Assembly (NCBI RefSeq): GCF_009914755.1
Contig: NC_060940.1
Direction: 5' to 3' (one strand)
Source of the DNA: the human T2T-CHM13v2.0 reference genome, Homo sapiens
Length of the DNA stretch: 64,000 bases
Shown here one piece after another: positions 12,761 through 25,202 of the stretch; within the stretch, counting starts at the first letter, position 1, and the number at the start of each line of letters is the position of its first letter. A program made the position numbers and the translations under genes. The notes beneath the pieces are model-generated. The model did no database searches. It was not told where the DNA came from and saw only the letters and a list, made by a program, of their open reading frames with translations.

Positions 12761-13644
12761 CATATGTTGAGTCATCTAAGAATATCTGTTTCATCCTAGG
12801 GATAAAACAAGAATAAGAAAACATAAGGATAAGGAAGCAAAATAAATCTTAATCCTACAACTAACTCAGCAATACTAAAGCTTTTAGAGGGCTTGGAGAT
12901 CTTCCAAAATCTTCTTGTGTAAGAATTATTTGAAAGAAATATTCCACTGAGTAGGAAAATGACAGGGAATTTCTGTTCTATCTCAGTGCCTTAGATGAGA
13001 AGTAGGTGGCACCAGGGTGGCAAGCTGGAGGGGTGCAGAGTGAATATTAGAACTTCGATGGCTTAGATCCATCCAGAGCCTTTTCTACCAAATTATGTAC
13101 TACCTTGAATTTGTGATGTTTTCCTATTGGATCCTTAAGTAGAATGATCATTGATTGGCATTTGCCTGGGATCATCCAGAAGTATAGCTGCTGACCCAGT
13201 GTAATTCCTCATAGCATCTCTTTTGCTCTTGAACATGTCCTGAATTAGACAACTACTTTTATGGTCATATCACCCACCCCTTAACCCAGTCCTTGCCCCT
13301 CTTTCAGCTTCACAACATTTCACCTTGCAACACAGCTTGACCCAGGCTTCTTCCTTGACCTCTGCCTTCACCAGAGAGAGGACTAACCCTAATGTCTCAG
13401 AGTCCATATTCGCTCATGGGTCAACTTTGTCTCTCATTCTCACTCGTGGTCTGGAAGCATAAGCTGGGGTTTAATCTCCAAGCTCAGGACCAAACTTTTC
13501 AAAACATTATAAAATACAACTGAGGGAAAGGCCAGACCTGCTTAACAGGAGCCCATCACACCTATGTGGTATAACACCCTCTTTCTTCCTTAAAGGCAGG
13601 ATGTTGTACATGCAAAATGGCAGATATCACTACTAGGCAACCTT

Positions 13645-13762
13645 CTTTCATTCATTTATTTGACAATTATTATGTGTCAGCTTCCACGTTAAGTTTTTGA
13701 GAAAACACAAAGATCACCCAGGCATCATCTGTGTTCCCAAGTTCGCACAGTCTAGTTGGGGG
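13645..13762 (-). mobile_element. L2 3' end fragment
   Basis: TTCATTCATTTATT tail followed by CACAGTCTAGTTGGGG. Confidence 0.55.
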
Positions 13763-13996
13763 ATAGAGGGTGGGAATGCAGACTTTATAAATCACTGACT
13801 CATCATTTTTTATCTCCTCCAGGAAACATGCCATATAGTAGGCACTCAAAAAGATTTGTTGAATCCATGCCTATATGAGGTAATGCATTAATTCATATTG
13901 CTTTGCCCTCTGATTGCATTGTGCATCTATCTCTCATCTCCCAAAAGACAGAACTGTATCATTATAGTATGGTAGATCAGAGAGGCAGAAACCTGC

Positions 13997-14198
13997 GGCA
14001 GTTAAGAGTACGTGTCTAGAGACAGAGTTCCTGGGTTTGAACCCTGGCTCTGTCACTTGTTAGCTGCATGATTTAGAGCAATTTATTTTACCTTTCTGTG
14101 CTTTACCTTTCAGTTTCCTGTTCTGAAAATGAGGATACCAATAGTAGCTACCATAGGGTTGTTGAGAGGACTAATGAGTTCATACCCTCAGAGTGCCT
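13997..14198 (+). mobile_element. MIR
   Basis: CCTGGGTTTGAACCCTGGCTCTGTCACTT...CATAGGGTTGTTGAGAGGA. Confidence 0.85.
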
Positions 14199-14199
14199 A

Positions 14200-14366
14200 A
14201 AACAGTTTAACAATTGGCTCTCTGGGGGTGAAGGAAAAAAAAAGCCCTGATTTGTAGTATTGGCTGATTTCAGTGTTGTAAATGCTCCTGCCACCAATGT
14301 GATGTCACTGAATGTGGAGGTGGGAAGAGTTGTGTACAACGGGTTCTTCCAGGCAGCACACCATTG
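14200..14366 (-). mobile_element. MER63A-like hAT DNA transposon
   Basis: AAAAAGCCCTGATTTGTAG...GATGTCACTGAA...GGGAAGAG...CAGCACACCATTG matches the reverse of recalled MER63. Confidence 0.75.
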
Positions 14367-14639
14367 CACCATTGACTTATACATAATGAGACAATGTATG
14401 TGAAGGCATTTCTTCAACTTTGTACATGTGAGTTTGCTCTGTTAATCAATCCTTTTTCTGCTTTTGGTCCTTATTGTGTTTAATAGAATGGTGAAACATG
14501 AGATCAATATTCTAAATAATTATACAGACAAGCCAACTACACTCACCAAGTAGGGCTGAACACCAAGTGAGGGAAGACCCCTCCACAGCACTGTCTGCTG
14601 TGCACGACGTTGTCTAGTTTCTTTAGAATGATGCCATCA

Positions 14640-14885
14640 TCATAGCAACTACCATTTTAAGGGACTTACTATATTCCATGACCTGTGTCAGATGCTTTAA
14701 ATACATGATTCCATTTTATCCTCACAACAGCTTTGTGAGATTGGAATTGTAACCCCCAATTTACAGATAAAGAAATTGAGGCTCAGGGAAGTACATAGCA
14801 TGCTCTTATTCCACCATACTAAGTGACAAAGCCAGGATTCAACCCTAGTCTGTGTGATGCCAAAGCTCACCCTAAGGCACCACAC
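14640..14885 (-). mobile_element. MIR
   Basis: ATCCTCACAACA...TTTACAGATAAAGAAATTGAGGCTCAG...GCCAGGATTCAACCC. Confidence 0.85.
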
Positions 14886-14947
14886 TTAACTGTCATGACT
14901 CTTTTTAAGTTGCAATGTCATTTTAATTTTGACTCTTGGTGCCAATA

Positions 14948-15200
14948 GGCAACATATCATAGTAGCTAAGAATATAGACTTATAAAATCAGACCAGGCTC
15001 AAATGCTACTCTGATACTTACCAGCCTTATGACCTCAGGCAAGTTCCTTAATCTCTCTGTGCTTCAGTTTCGTCACCTATAAAATCGGGATAATTATGGC
15101 GCCTGCTATGGTGCCTGCTTTATAAGAATTAAATGACTTAGTATGTACAAAATATTTAGAACAGTGTCTGGCACATAGCAAATTCTATGTCAATGTTTAT
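14948..15200 (+). mobile_element. MIR
   Basis: GGCAAGTTCCTTAATCTCTCTGTGCTTCAGTTTC...TTAGAACAGTGTCTGGCACATAG. Confidence 0.88.
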
Positions 15201-16029
15201 TAAATGAAAATAAAGTTCTTTCAGATGAGGCAGGAGTTTGCTTGTGTTTCAAGACAGAAATGGTGTGAAAGCCACACTTAGATACAAGAGCTAACCTGCC
15301 TGATTGACTCTCCAGAAAAGGTCCAGGCAGATGAAATCAAGCAATATCAGGACCAAATGCAGAAAAATACCAGGTCTAGCTTTTCCTGGAACAGGTGCTT
15401 TGCACACTGATTTTCCAGTTAAACAACCTCTGTGGTAACCACAATCATAACATGTAAAGTACAGCTAACTTTTTTCTAAGTGGCTTCTTCCAAGGTGCCT
15501 ATTAATGACCCTCAGAGGACACATGATAAAAAGAAAACAGGGGTTTTTATATGGTGATCAATTCATGACTTAAGCTCCCTTCCCTCAATTACAGGTAACA
15601 CAGCCTCCACTCAGCTAACCAATCCCAAACAAGGCCTTCTAAGCATGGCTTTCCCTTCTGACTTTCATAACGATAAACACTCATGTCGAGGGGCAAAGGC
15701 TTTTGAAAAATCTGATAAAGATATAGACCTGGATGAAGACACTGTATCCATCAAATGGGTGACTTTCCAAAGGCACTTGGATGCTTTTTGTCATGTTCAT
15801 GTTTCTTTTTTCAAAGCATTTAACTAAAAGTGGTGGCAGCAATACTAAGCAGCTAGACCCAAACACACCTCACAGAATTGTTTTGCATAGGACTGATAGC
15901 ACCTCCAAAACCTGTACCCACATATATATCCATTGAGTCCATCACCCCCAGCGTTGCACCCACAATGTTCTCCAATAAACTCACTATCATTAGGGATTGC
16001 CTCTTCTACATAGAAAGTTACAATGAGAT

Positions 16030-16605
16030 CTAACTACAAATTTACAAGATCAGGGGTTACAGAAATATGATAAATGATGCCACTGGGATGCAATCAACAA
16101 AACTAGGAAACTGTAGGATAAATGGCCTACTTTCTTCAACGAATCAACAACAAAGGGGAAAAGGAGGAAAGGGGAACTGTCATACATTAAAATAGACTTT
16201 AGAGTCCATCCTGGCAACCAAATGCAGTGTGTGGATTCATTTGGACCCTGATTTGAGCAAACTAACTATGGAAAGTCAAGGCTATTTGAACACTGGTTGA
16301 ATATTTGGTGATATTAAGGAATTCATGTTAATATTTAGACATATTAAAGATATTATATGTATGCTTTTTAAAGTTGTACTATTATCTCTTAAAAATACAT
16401 ACTGCAGTATATATGGATGAAATAATGGGATATCTGGTATTTGCTTTAAAACATTCCAGGCAGGGGTGAGGGATGTAGAGTGAGGAAGTCAGAACTTGAA
16501 ATCAAATTGACTATATGTTGATAGTTGTTGGATGATAAGTACATAGGGGTTTATTATATTAGCCTCTCTACCTTGTATATGTTTAAAGATTTCCATAATT
16601 AAAAG
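16030..16605 (+). mobile_element. Old L1 (L1MC/ME) 3'UTR
   Basis: CAACCAAATGCAGTGTGTGGA...GATATTAAGGAATT...AAGTACATAGGGGTTTATTATA...TTTCCATAAT. Confidence 0.75.
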
Positions 16606-16629
16606 TATTTCCAAATTTCTGAATTGGAA

Positions 16630-17512
16630 ACACAGGAGTCTTTTCTGACTCTCCTCCACCTTCCTTCCTTCTTAGACCCCTTCCCTACCTTATTCGGTCA
16701 CTAGGGCTGATCTCTTCTACACACCACAAACTCTGTCCTCTCCACTCAGCAGCAGCCACCTTAATTAAACCCTCATATCTTCTTTCCTGCATTATTGCAA
16801 CAGCCCCCCTAACAGTCTCAACGCTCCTAAGCCACCATCCTCTCTCCCATCAGAGTAATCTTTCTAAAATTCAAATCTGCTCAAGTTACTCCCCTGCTTA
16901 CCACCCTCCAAAGACTCATCCTCATCCACCATGAAGTGTCCAATCATGATCCATAAGCCCCATTATGATCCATTCCCCTGCCTACCATCCCATCCTCATC
17001 TTCCTGTCTTACCTTCAAATGCAGCAGATTCCGGTGATACCAAGCTACTGATTGTTCACTTGCCAAGAATTTATTGGGCTCCTATTATAAGAGAAATACT
17101 GTGCTAAGCATAGGAAACACAATGGCAACCAGTAGAGCAGTCCCTATATCATGGAGCTTGCATTCTTGTAGGGGAGACAGGCAATGCATAAATCAACAAT
17201 GGATGGTGATGAATGGTAGATGCATGCATTTGTGCTCCCCTGAGTTTGCTATGCTCTTAATCTTCTGTGGTTTTGCTTAGGCAGTTGCTTTCACTTGGAA
17301 TGCCCTTCCACAATCAGCTCCCTTCCATCTGCTGAATGCCTGCTCCTCTAGTCACCCTTTAAGATTTAACCCATCCGTTGGTTTCTTAGGGAAACCTTCC
17401 CCACCACCTCCAGACTTAGTTTGTCCTCATTATGTCACAAACATCTTGCACTCTGCCTAGACCAAAGTAGGTATTTAATAAATGCTTATTGAAAAAACAA
17501 ATGAGTGAATGG
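16630..17512 (+). mobile_element. L2 fragments (with an opposite-strand L2 3' piece at ~17050-17195)
   Basis: ATTATTGCAACAGCC..CCTAAC, CAGAGTAATCTTTCTAAAA, TGGAATGCCCTTCC, tail AATAAATGCTTATTGAA. Confidence 0.7.
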
Positions 17513-19530
17513 TCTGATGGATGGATTTCTGCCTTCCTTAAAGTGGCTTTCTGAAGCTTTTAAGTCATGAGTGTTACGAGCAGAGATTATATCTGCGTAT
17601 TATTCTATATCCTGAAGCATTTGGGATTACGATGTATATTTTGTTAACCAAAGCCATTGAAAATAGATATTTGCTTAAACTTAAAATGTCTCTAAGTGTT
17701 TCCAGTGAATTTGTGTTATGGCAAAAAAAGGTTCTACAGTGAAATATTTTGAGCTCAGCAAAATTCATACTGAGTTATTCTTATTTTTTAATTTCAGGAG
17801 TTCTTAGAGTCTGTAATATACTAATTTATGTGACCCTCTAGGATGAGACTTTATTATATGATTTTCCAAAACATGTTTGGCCAACAGATCCTTTTGTTCT
17901 CAGCACATCTCAGCAGACTAATGTCCTGAAAAGCGCCTTTTGGAAAACATTGGCCTACCTGATGCTCTAAGAGTTTTCCTTCATTGATTCATTTGACTTA
18001 CTTTGAAATAAGGTAATAAGCAGGACCTTGCCACAGTAACTGTGCAACAGAGAGATGTGCTGAGGCTTTCTGTTCCCTCACCTCCTCATCTGTTAAACTA
18101 TGGTAATAATGCATGTCGTGATTGAATCAGCAGAATTAAAAGGACTTTATGAGATTGGGGCATGGAGTTTTATTTTCCAGCCTTCTCCCTTTCTGTCTTG
18201 ATTTCTCAATCTATACAGTAAAGGTAGCAATGCTTCAGTAATTGAGAAAATGGCATATCAATCAATGCTTGTTAAAACAAATGTACAAAAATGAAAACCT
18301 CTAAGGACAAAAATCAGTAGCTGGTAAGGCTGCTTCTGGATATGTGAGAAATGAAATAAGAGTAGACAATATGCCATTTGGAAGAAGAGAGTTTCTTTTA
18401 ATACAATGGTTTATATTGTTTTGTAAAACACAAGGAATGCAATAAAACACAAGTGAATGTATGATTTTACACATATATATGAATACCATCTTACACTATC
18501 ACGTGAGAAGATAAAATTGACAAGCGTTTTCTTTTCAGTATACATCTTTGTAGCTTAAATGATGACTAATCTTATAGATTAAATCTGATCACTGGATTAT
18601 TGATATTAATTCTTTCATTGGGTTGACAGCTGTAGGATGGAAATGTCATAGGAAACGCACTGAAATCAACTGAGCCCAATTAAACAGGCAGGACCTGAGC
18701 CAACACATACAAAATACATCAATCACAGCTCATAATTTTATTTTTAAGTCAGAATGTTTTATAACCTGAGAAAGTAAGTTTAAAGCACTATATTAATAAC
18801 AATGTTATTTTACATGATGATTTACGTAAAGATTTCAGCTGTATTCCATTGTTTTAAACCTAATCGGTCAACAGTGAAAATTTTCTTAAACTCTTTTCGA
18901 GCACAATTTGACCAGGAAATGTTTGGAGATAGAGGAGGCTTTATCTTCTTCAATATTTTAAGCCCTGCTTTTAGTTAAAGCTTTTAGTTAAACAAGAACA
19001 AGTCTAATCTGGCAATTTGCAAATAGGCTCATTTCTGCACCCATTCATTAATGTGCTGATTAGAATCATAATGTAGAGTTGGGGGCATCTTAAAGTCAAC
19101 TCATTTATGGAAATGCTCATAAATTTAGCAAATCATTGTTCAAATAGAAACATTCCACGATGATAGAATGTAGAAAAAGAGCAGATTTAAAGCAATCAAG
19201 CATGGAGGAGCATACAAGCTTCTTGCTACAAAGTTATCTGGTCTGAAGTGAAAGATACCCAGTATCAGTCAGTGGTAGAACTGACAGATCGCAGCAAGAC
19301 TAGTCACTATCTAGGTACAGAAAGAAGTGGGAAAGAGGGAAATTGAGGGAGTATAGAGAGAAGAAGGAAATCAAAACTACATTTGAAAGAGAATTGACCA
19401 TGAGTTAATCACCACTGGAACTAGGTGATTGGTAAATACATAGGGGTTCACTACTTTTATATTTGTTTGAAACCTCTTGTGATAAAAATGAAAAAAAAAA
19501 TTAACCTTTGGCTTCTAGCAAGAGATATAA

Positions 19531-19826
<296 letters not shown>

Positions 19827-20556
19827 TAATAATTTTAAATGAATAAAAAAACTAAAAGCAAATCAAAAACTATGAAAGGAATATATTAACTGTAAGGAGG
19901 AAAGAAGGGAAGAAAACTTTCTAGGGAAAGGAATAAAGATTGTATAAGGAATATTTAGAAGAAAACCAGGATTAACAATGATTGCAGGTGTATTTTGATA
20001 GATAACACATTTTTTTCAACTTCAAGAAAAAAGCAAACAATTATTGAAGAACGCCATATATCTGAAGGAGTAATAAGAAAAATTTGTGGGCAGAAAATTT
20101 GTCATATTGTCAGGACAAAAATAACAAAGTATTTAAATCGAAATTATCATGAGAAGGTGGGTGACAAAAAAAGAGTGGGAGTATGAACTCCCACATACAA
20201 AAGGGGAATGTGTGAAGGTAAAAGAGGCACCTCAGAAAGTTCCAAGAATTTATTTTCTCACCAGGACAGTATGCATTCCACCTACGATGGCCACCTTTCC
20301 CATTCTGCACCCTGTACTTCTAATACATCCCTCAGCATGCTTCTAACTGGTGCTAGGACAGTGCAGGGAAAAGGTGACATACAGTTCCAGGTTCTACCTC
20401 AACAGTCACAGGGAACAGATGACCAGGTGTGCAGCTATGGTTCTTTAAGCCTTAAACTCTTTTGCCATTGATTTTTTTTCCCTGAGTTTTTAGCGCCGTA
20501 TTCCTTGTTACTGGCATCTAGTAGATTCTCAGTAAATATTTACTGAATAAAGAAAA

Positions 20557-20753
20557 GAGCCGGGAAAGATGGCTCACGCCTGTACTCCCAGCACTTTGGA
20601 AGGCCATGGTTGGTAGATCACTTGAGGTCAGGAGTTCAAGACTAGCCTGGCCAACAATAGTGAAATCCTGTCTCTACTAAAAATACAGTAATTAGCCAGG
20701 AGTGGTGGCGGGCACTGCGCTACAGCCTGGGCAACAGAGTGAGACTCTTTCTC
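20557..20753 (+). mobile_element. AluS with ~85-90 bp deletion in right arm
   Basis: Intact left arm; right arm jumps GGTGGCGGGC|ACTGC, lacking the CCTGTAATCCCAGCTACT...GAGCCGAGATC segment. Confidence 0.92.
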
Positions 20754-21136
20754 GAAAAGGAGAGGAGAGGAGAGGAGAGGAGAGGAGAGGAGAGGAGAAG
20801 AGAGGTGAGGGGAGGAGAGGAGAGAGGAGGGAAAGGGAGAGGAAGGGAGAGGAGGGGAAGGGAGAGGAGGGGAGAGGAGGGGAAGGGAGAGGAGGGGAGA
20901 GGAGGGGATAGGAGGGGAGAGGAGGGGAGAGGAGGGGAAAGGAGAGGAGGGGAGAGGAGGGGAAGGGAGAGGAGGGGAGAGGAGGGGAAGGGAGAGGAGG
21001 GGAAGGGAGAGGAGGGGAAGGGAGAGGAGGGGAAGGGAGAGGAGGGGAGGGGAGGGGAAGGAAGGGGAGAGGTGGGGAGAGGAGGGCAGTGGAGGAGAAG
21101 AGGAGAGGAGAGAAGAGAGAAAAGGAAAAGGAAAAG
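20754..21136 (+). repeat. Polypurine (GGAGA/GGGGA/GGGAA)n tract replacing the Alu tail
   Basis: 383 nt with only 5 pyrimidines; repeated 5-, 10- and 15-mer units such as GGGAGAGGAGGGGAA. Confidence 0.97.
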
Positions 21137-21328
21137 TAAAGAATGAGTGAGTGGATAAGAATGGATGAGTGAACCACAGAGCTTCCACTGCACAACACTA
21201 TCTCCACTAGACACCTGGGCCATATGAGCTGCATTGATTTCAGTTCCATCTCACCTTGGAATAAGCAAATCAGGAGAACTGGTGGTTTCAGAGTCACTCT
21301 CAATTCCTCCCTGCCCCTCACCCTCCCT

Positions 21329-21440
21329 ATAAATGCAATGACCTAGATACATCAGTAATTTTATTTATTAGGTTTTGGAGACCCAAACCTTTCTGTGGTC
21401 TGCTAATAGTAAAAATCAGCTTGGAACATAGACAGCAAAT
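21329..21440 (+). repeat. Local direct duplication, copy A (pairs with 22533-22644)
   Basis: Ungapped hand alignment 89/112 identical; first 39 bp 38/39. Confidence 0.92.
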
Positions 21441-21534
21441 AGCAGGGAAACAATGCCAACAGTGCCCAGCTCCTGTTGATGCCTCCCCTCCATGTCTCAC
21501 AAGATGTATAGGAGTGGTCGCAGAGGAGTTCCAC

Positions 21535-22137
21535 ATCCATTGTCTAGTTGGGCCCTCTGTCATCCCTCACCTAAACTGTGTCAATAGCTTCCTAACTGGC
21601 TTGCTCCAATATGATCCTCCTCAACTGCAGGTCCCATCATGACATTTAAAATATCCACTGGCTCCCCATAACTCAGAGGATAAAATCAATGCTCCTTAGC
21701 ACAGCAGAGGCTTCCCATTGCCTAAGCCTGGCTTCATTTCCCAGGGCTTCCTCCACCCACCCACCAGCTCCCTCTGCTTCTGACAGGGAGCTCCCTTTGA
21801 GGGGGATTATGCCTGGTCTTGCACAGGCTTTTGTCTACCAGATATGCTTTTTTCTCTCTTTTTCTCCAACTATAGCACTGCAGATCCCTCCAAGCCTATT
21901 TCAAATGTCACCTCTGAAACACTTTTCAATCATTTTGTCTTCTCTGTTCCTATTGGCATTTAGGTCATAGGTTTTTCTAGCACTTATCAGATCAGCCTAG
22001 AATTATTAGTTGGCTTGTCTGCCTTTTCCACTAAACAATGAACTCCTAGGTGAAAAGTATTGATTCTTATTCAGGTCAGAATCTCCAGTTCCCATCAAGC
22101 CTGGCACACAGTAGGTACCCAATAAATGTTTGTCATA
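21535..22137 (+). mobile_element. L2 3' portion
   Basis: CAATAGCTTCCTAACTGG...TCAAATGTCACCTC...GCCTGGCACACAGTAGGTACCCAATAAATGTTTG. Confidence 0.8.
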
Positions 22138-22532
22138 TTAACATAGTTTACATTTGGGAATGAAGATAAAACAGAAAGGGAAGTGACCCAAGATACAATC
22201 AAGAGAATGTTGCAAAAAATCCACAAATTTCTTGAAAACAGAGTAAAGAAAGATATATGAACTCAACACATAAGGATCCTAAAGTAGCAAATGGCTGGAA
22301 TGTAGCAAGTTTGGGGGCCAAATGTTATCCCACTGCTTGTTAGGAAAGCTGACCATCATTATTTCAGTTTTCCCACCATGTTATATAATTCCACCCCAAA
22401 ACGATTTGTTCCTCATCTGGAAAAGAAAAAAGTTGGTGCAAGCAGAAGATCATGCCATGGATTTGAGATCCGAGTTGGAAAGGACAAAAGAGGGAAGAAA
22501 GGAAAGAGGGAAGAAAAGGAACACCTAAAAAG

Positions 22533-22644
22533 ATAAATGCAATGACCTAGTTACATCAGTAATTTTATTTACCAAGTTTTGAGGACCCAGCACTTTTCAT
22601 GACCTGCTAATAATAATCATCAGCCCAGAACAGAGACAACAACT
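22533..22644 (+). repeat. Local direct duplication, copy B (pairs with 21329-21440)
   Basis: ATAAATGCAATGACCTAG(A/T)TACATCAGTAATTTTATTTA shared with copy A. Confidence 0.92.
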
Positions 22645-23604
22645 GGGAGTGAAGTGATCTCTCCCCTCTTCTTGTTCCTTCTTTGCCAAAATGCCCTTGA
22701 TTTTCCCCGATTAATTGCACTCCAGTTCTTCTAACATAGAGAATGCCTTCTAAATTACCCTCTGGTGTGAGAGATAATGTAATGTGTGAGATGAATATTT
22801 AGCTCCTCAAAGCTCCCCAAATACTTCTTTCAAAAATGATCCACTATTTTCTTAGCTTGAATAGTCTTTTCATACCAACCTCAGTGACTACCAAAACAGT
22901 TTAATGTTATTAGAATATCATCAAGTTTCATTATGTTTAATAAGAGATGGTGACAAGAGATAATTTTAAATACATTTTCCCCAAAATTAAAATCACAAGT
23001 TGTAAAATTAATCTTAGAAGTGTCAGTTTAATGTGATGTAATTTCAGTCTCCTTAAACTTATTCTCGTTAACTGCTCTAGTATGGATCTCTAGTAAGAAA
23101 ATTATAAATATGGTAAAGAAGCTAAAATCTCCAATCTCTGTCTTCATTCTTGATAATGAAAACTGTTGTTTGTTTCATCAATTTATTTGCCACTTTAAAT
23201 GGATTATCTAAAGGAAATTGATTGACATGGTCAAATAACTCATTGTCTATTCATCATTCAGTGTATATTCATTGAGCATTTATACGTAGAGCATTACTGG
23301 CGGGTCCAGGGTGAACTAACCAGAAAAATAAAAGACATTGCATGCCCACTTTCCCCATTGTCTGTAACTAAATCACTTAGAGAACAACCTAGAATAGTAT
23401 GAAATTAAATGTGGTTTCTATTTACTTATTCATACCCTGTTTCATGTCAAAAAGGGGTTTTGAGGTTTCTTTAAAAAAAATACATGAAATATAACAGAAC
23501 AAAACAGAATAAACCAGGAGGAAAGGAAGCAAATAGGTGAAGATTTAGTTGAAAGAGTTGGGCTGTAAATGAAGCAAGGAGCTCCATAACAGCCAAAGCA
23601 GAGA

Positions 23605-25202
23605 ACAAATGCACACGCAGACACACACAGACAGGCATGCACACACACAGAGACACACACAGAGAGGCATGCACACACACAGAAACATACACACAGACAC
23701 AGAGAGGCATGCAGACATACAGACACACACAGAGAGGCATGCACACACACAGAGAGAGACACACACAGAAAGACATGCACACACACACAGAAATACACAC
23801 AGAGACACAGGCAGACATACACAGGCATGCACACGCACAGAAACACACACAGAGACACCCGCAGACACACACACAGACACACACATGCAGACACACACAG
23901 AGAGGCATGCACACACACACAGAAACACACACAGAGACACACGCAGACACACAGATACACACATGCAGACACACACACAGAGACATGCACACACACAGAG
24001 ATACATGCAGACACACACACAGAGACATGCACACACACAGAGATACATGCAGACACACACAGAGACACAGGCAGACACACACACAGACCCGGACACAGAC
24101 ACACGCATGCAGACATACTCACAGAGACACACATAGACACAAACAGAAACTCACACACACAAACACACAGAGACACACATAAACATACACAGACACACAG
24201 AGACAAATGCAGACACACACACAGAGACATGCACACACAGAGATACATGCAGACACACACAGAGACACAGGCAGACATACACACAGGCCCACAGACACAC
24301 ACAGGCAGACATACTCACAGAGACACACACAGACACACACAAACAGAAACTCACACACACAATCACACAGAGACACACATGCAGACACACATAAACATAC
24401 ACAGACACATAGAGAGACACACGCAGACACACACACACAGAGACATGCACACACAGAGATACATGCAGATACACACAGAGACACAGGCAGACACACACAC
24501 AGACCCGGACACAGACACACACATGCAGACATACTCACAGAGACACACACAGACACATACAAACAGAAACTCACACACACAATCACACAGAGACACACAT
24601 GCAGACACACATAAACATACACAGACACACAGAGAGACACATGCAGACACACACACAAAGACATGCACACACACAAAGAAACACAGAGACACAGACAGAT
24701 GCACACACAGAGACACACATGTAGACACACACACATAAACATACACAGACACACACATGCAGACACACACACAGAGACATGCACACACACAGAGAGACAC
24801 ATGCAGACATACACACAGAGATACAGGCAGACACACACACAGAGATACAGGCAGACACACACAGACCAGGACACAGACACACACATGCAGACATACTCAC
24901 AGAGATACACACAGACACACACACAGAAACTCAGGCACACACACAGAGACACACGTGCAGACACACATAAACATACACAGACACAGACAGAGACACACAC
25001 ACAGAGACATGCACACACATATACACACACAGAGACACATACACATGCATACACATGTAGACATCTATACACACAGATACACAGACACACACATACACAT
25101 CCAGAAACACACACACAGACGCAACCCAGATTCAGACACATACACACACAGGGACACATGCACACACACACAGACACACACATGCACAGACACACACACA
25201 CA
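23605..25202 (+). repeat. 1.6-kb complex CA-rich tandem array (CA/GA/CATG/CAGA units)
   Basis: Continuous ACAC, AGAGAC and ATGCAG units; higher-order landmark CATACTCACAGAG at 24114, 24310, 24530, 24892. Confidence 0.97.

Noticed and set aside
20628-21321. Pro/Ser/Leu-rich and Gly/Glu/Arg-rich ORFs
   Set aside because: Translations of the polypurine tract and adjacent Alu.
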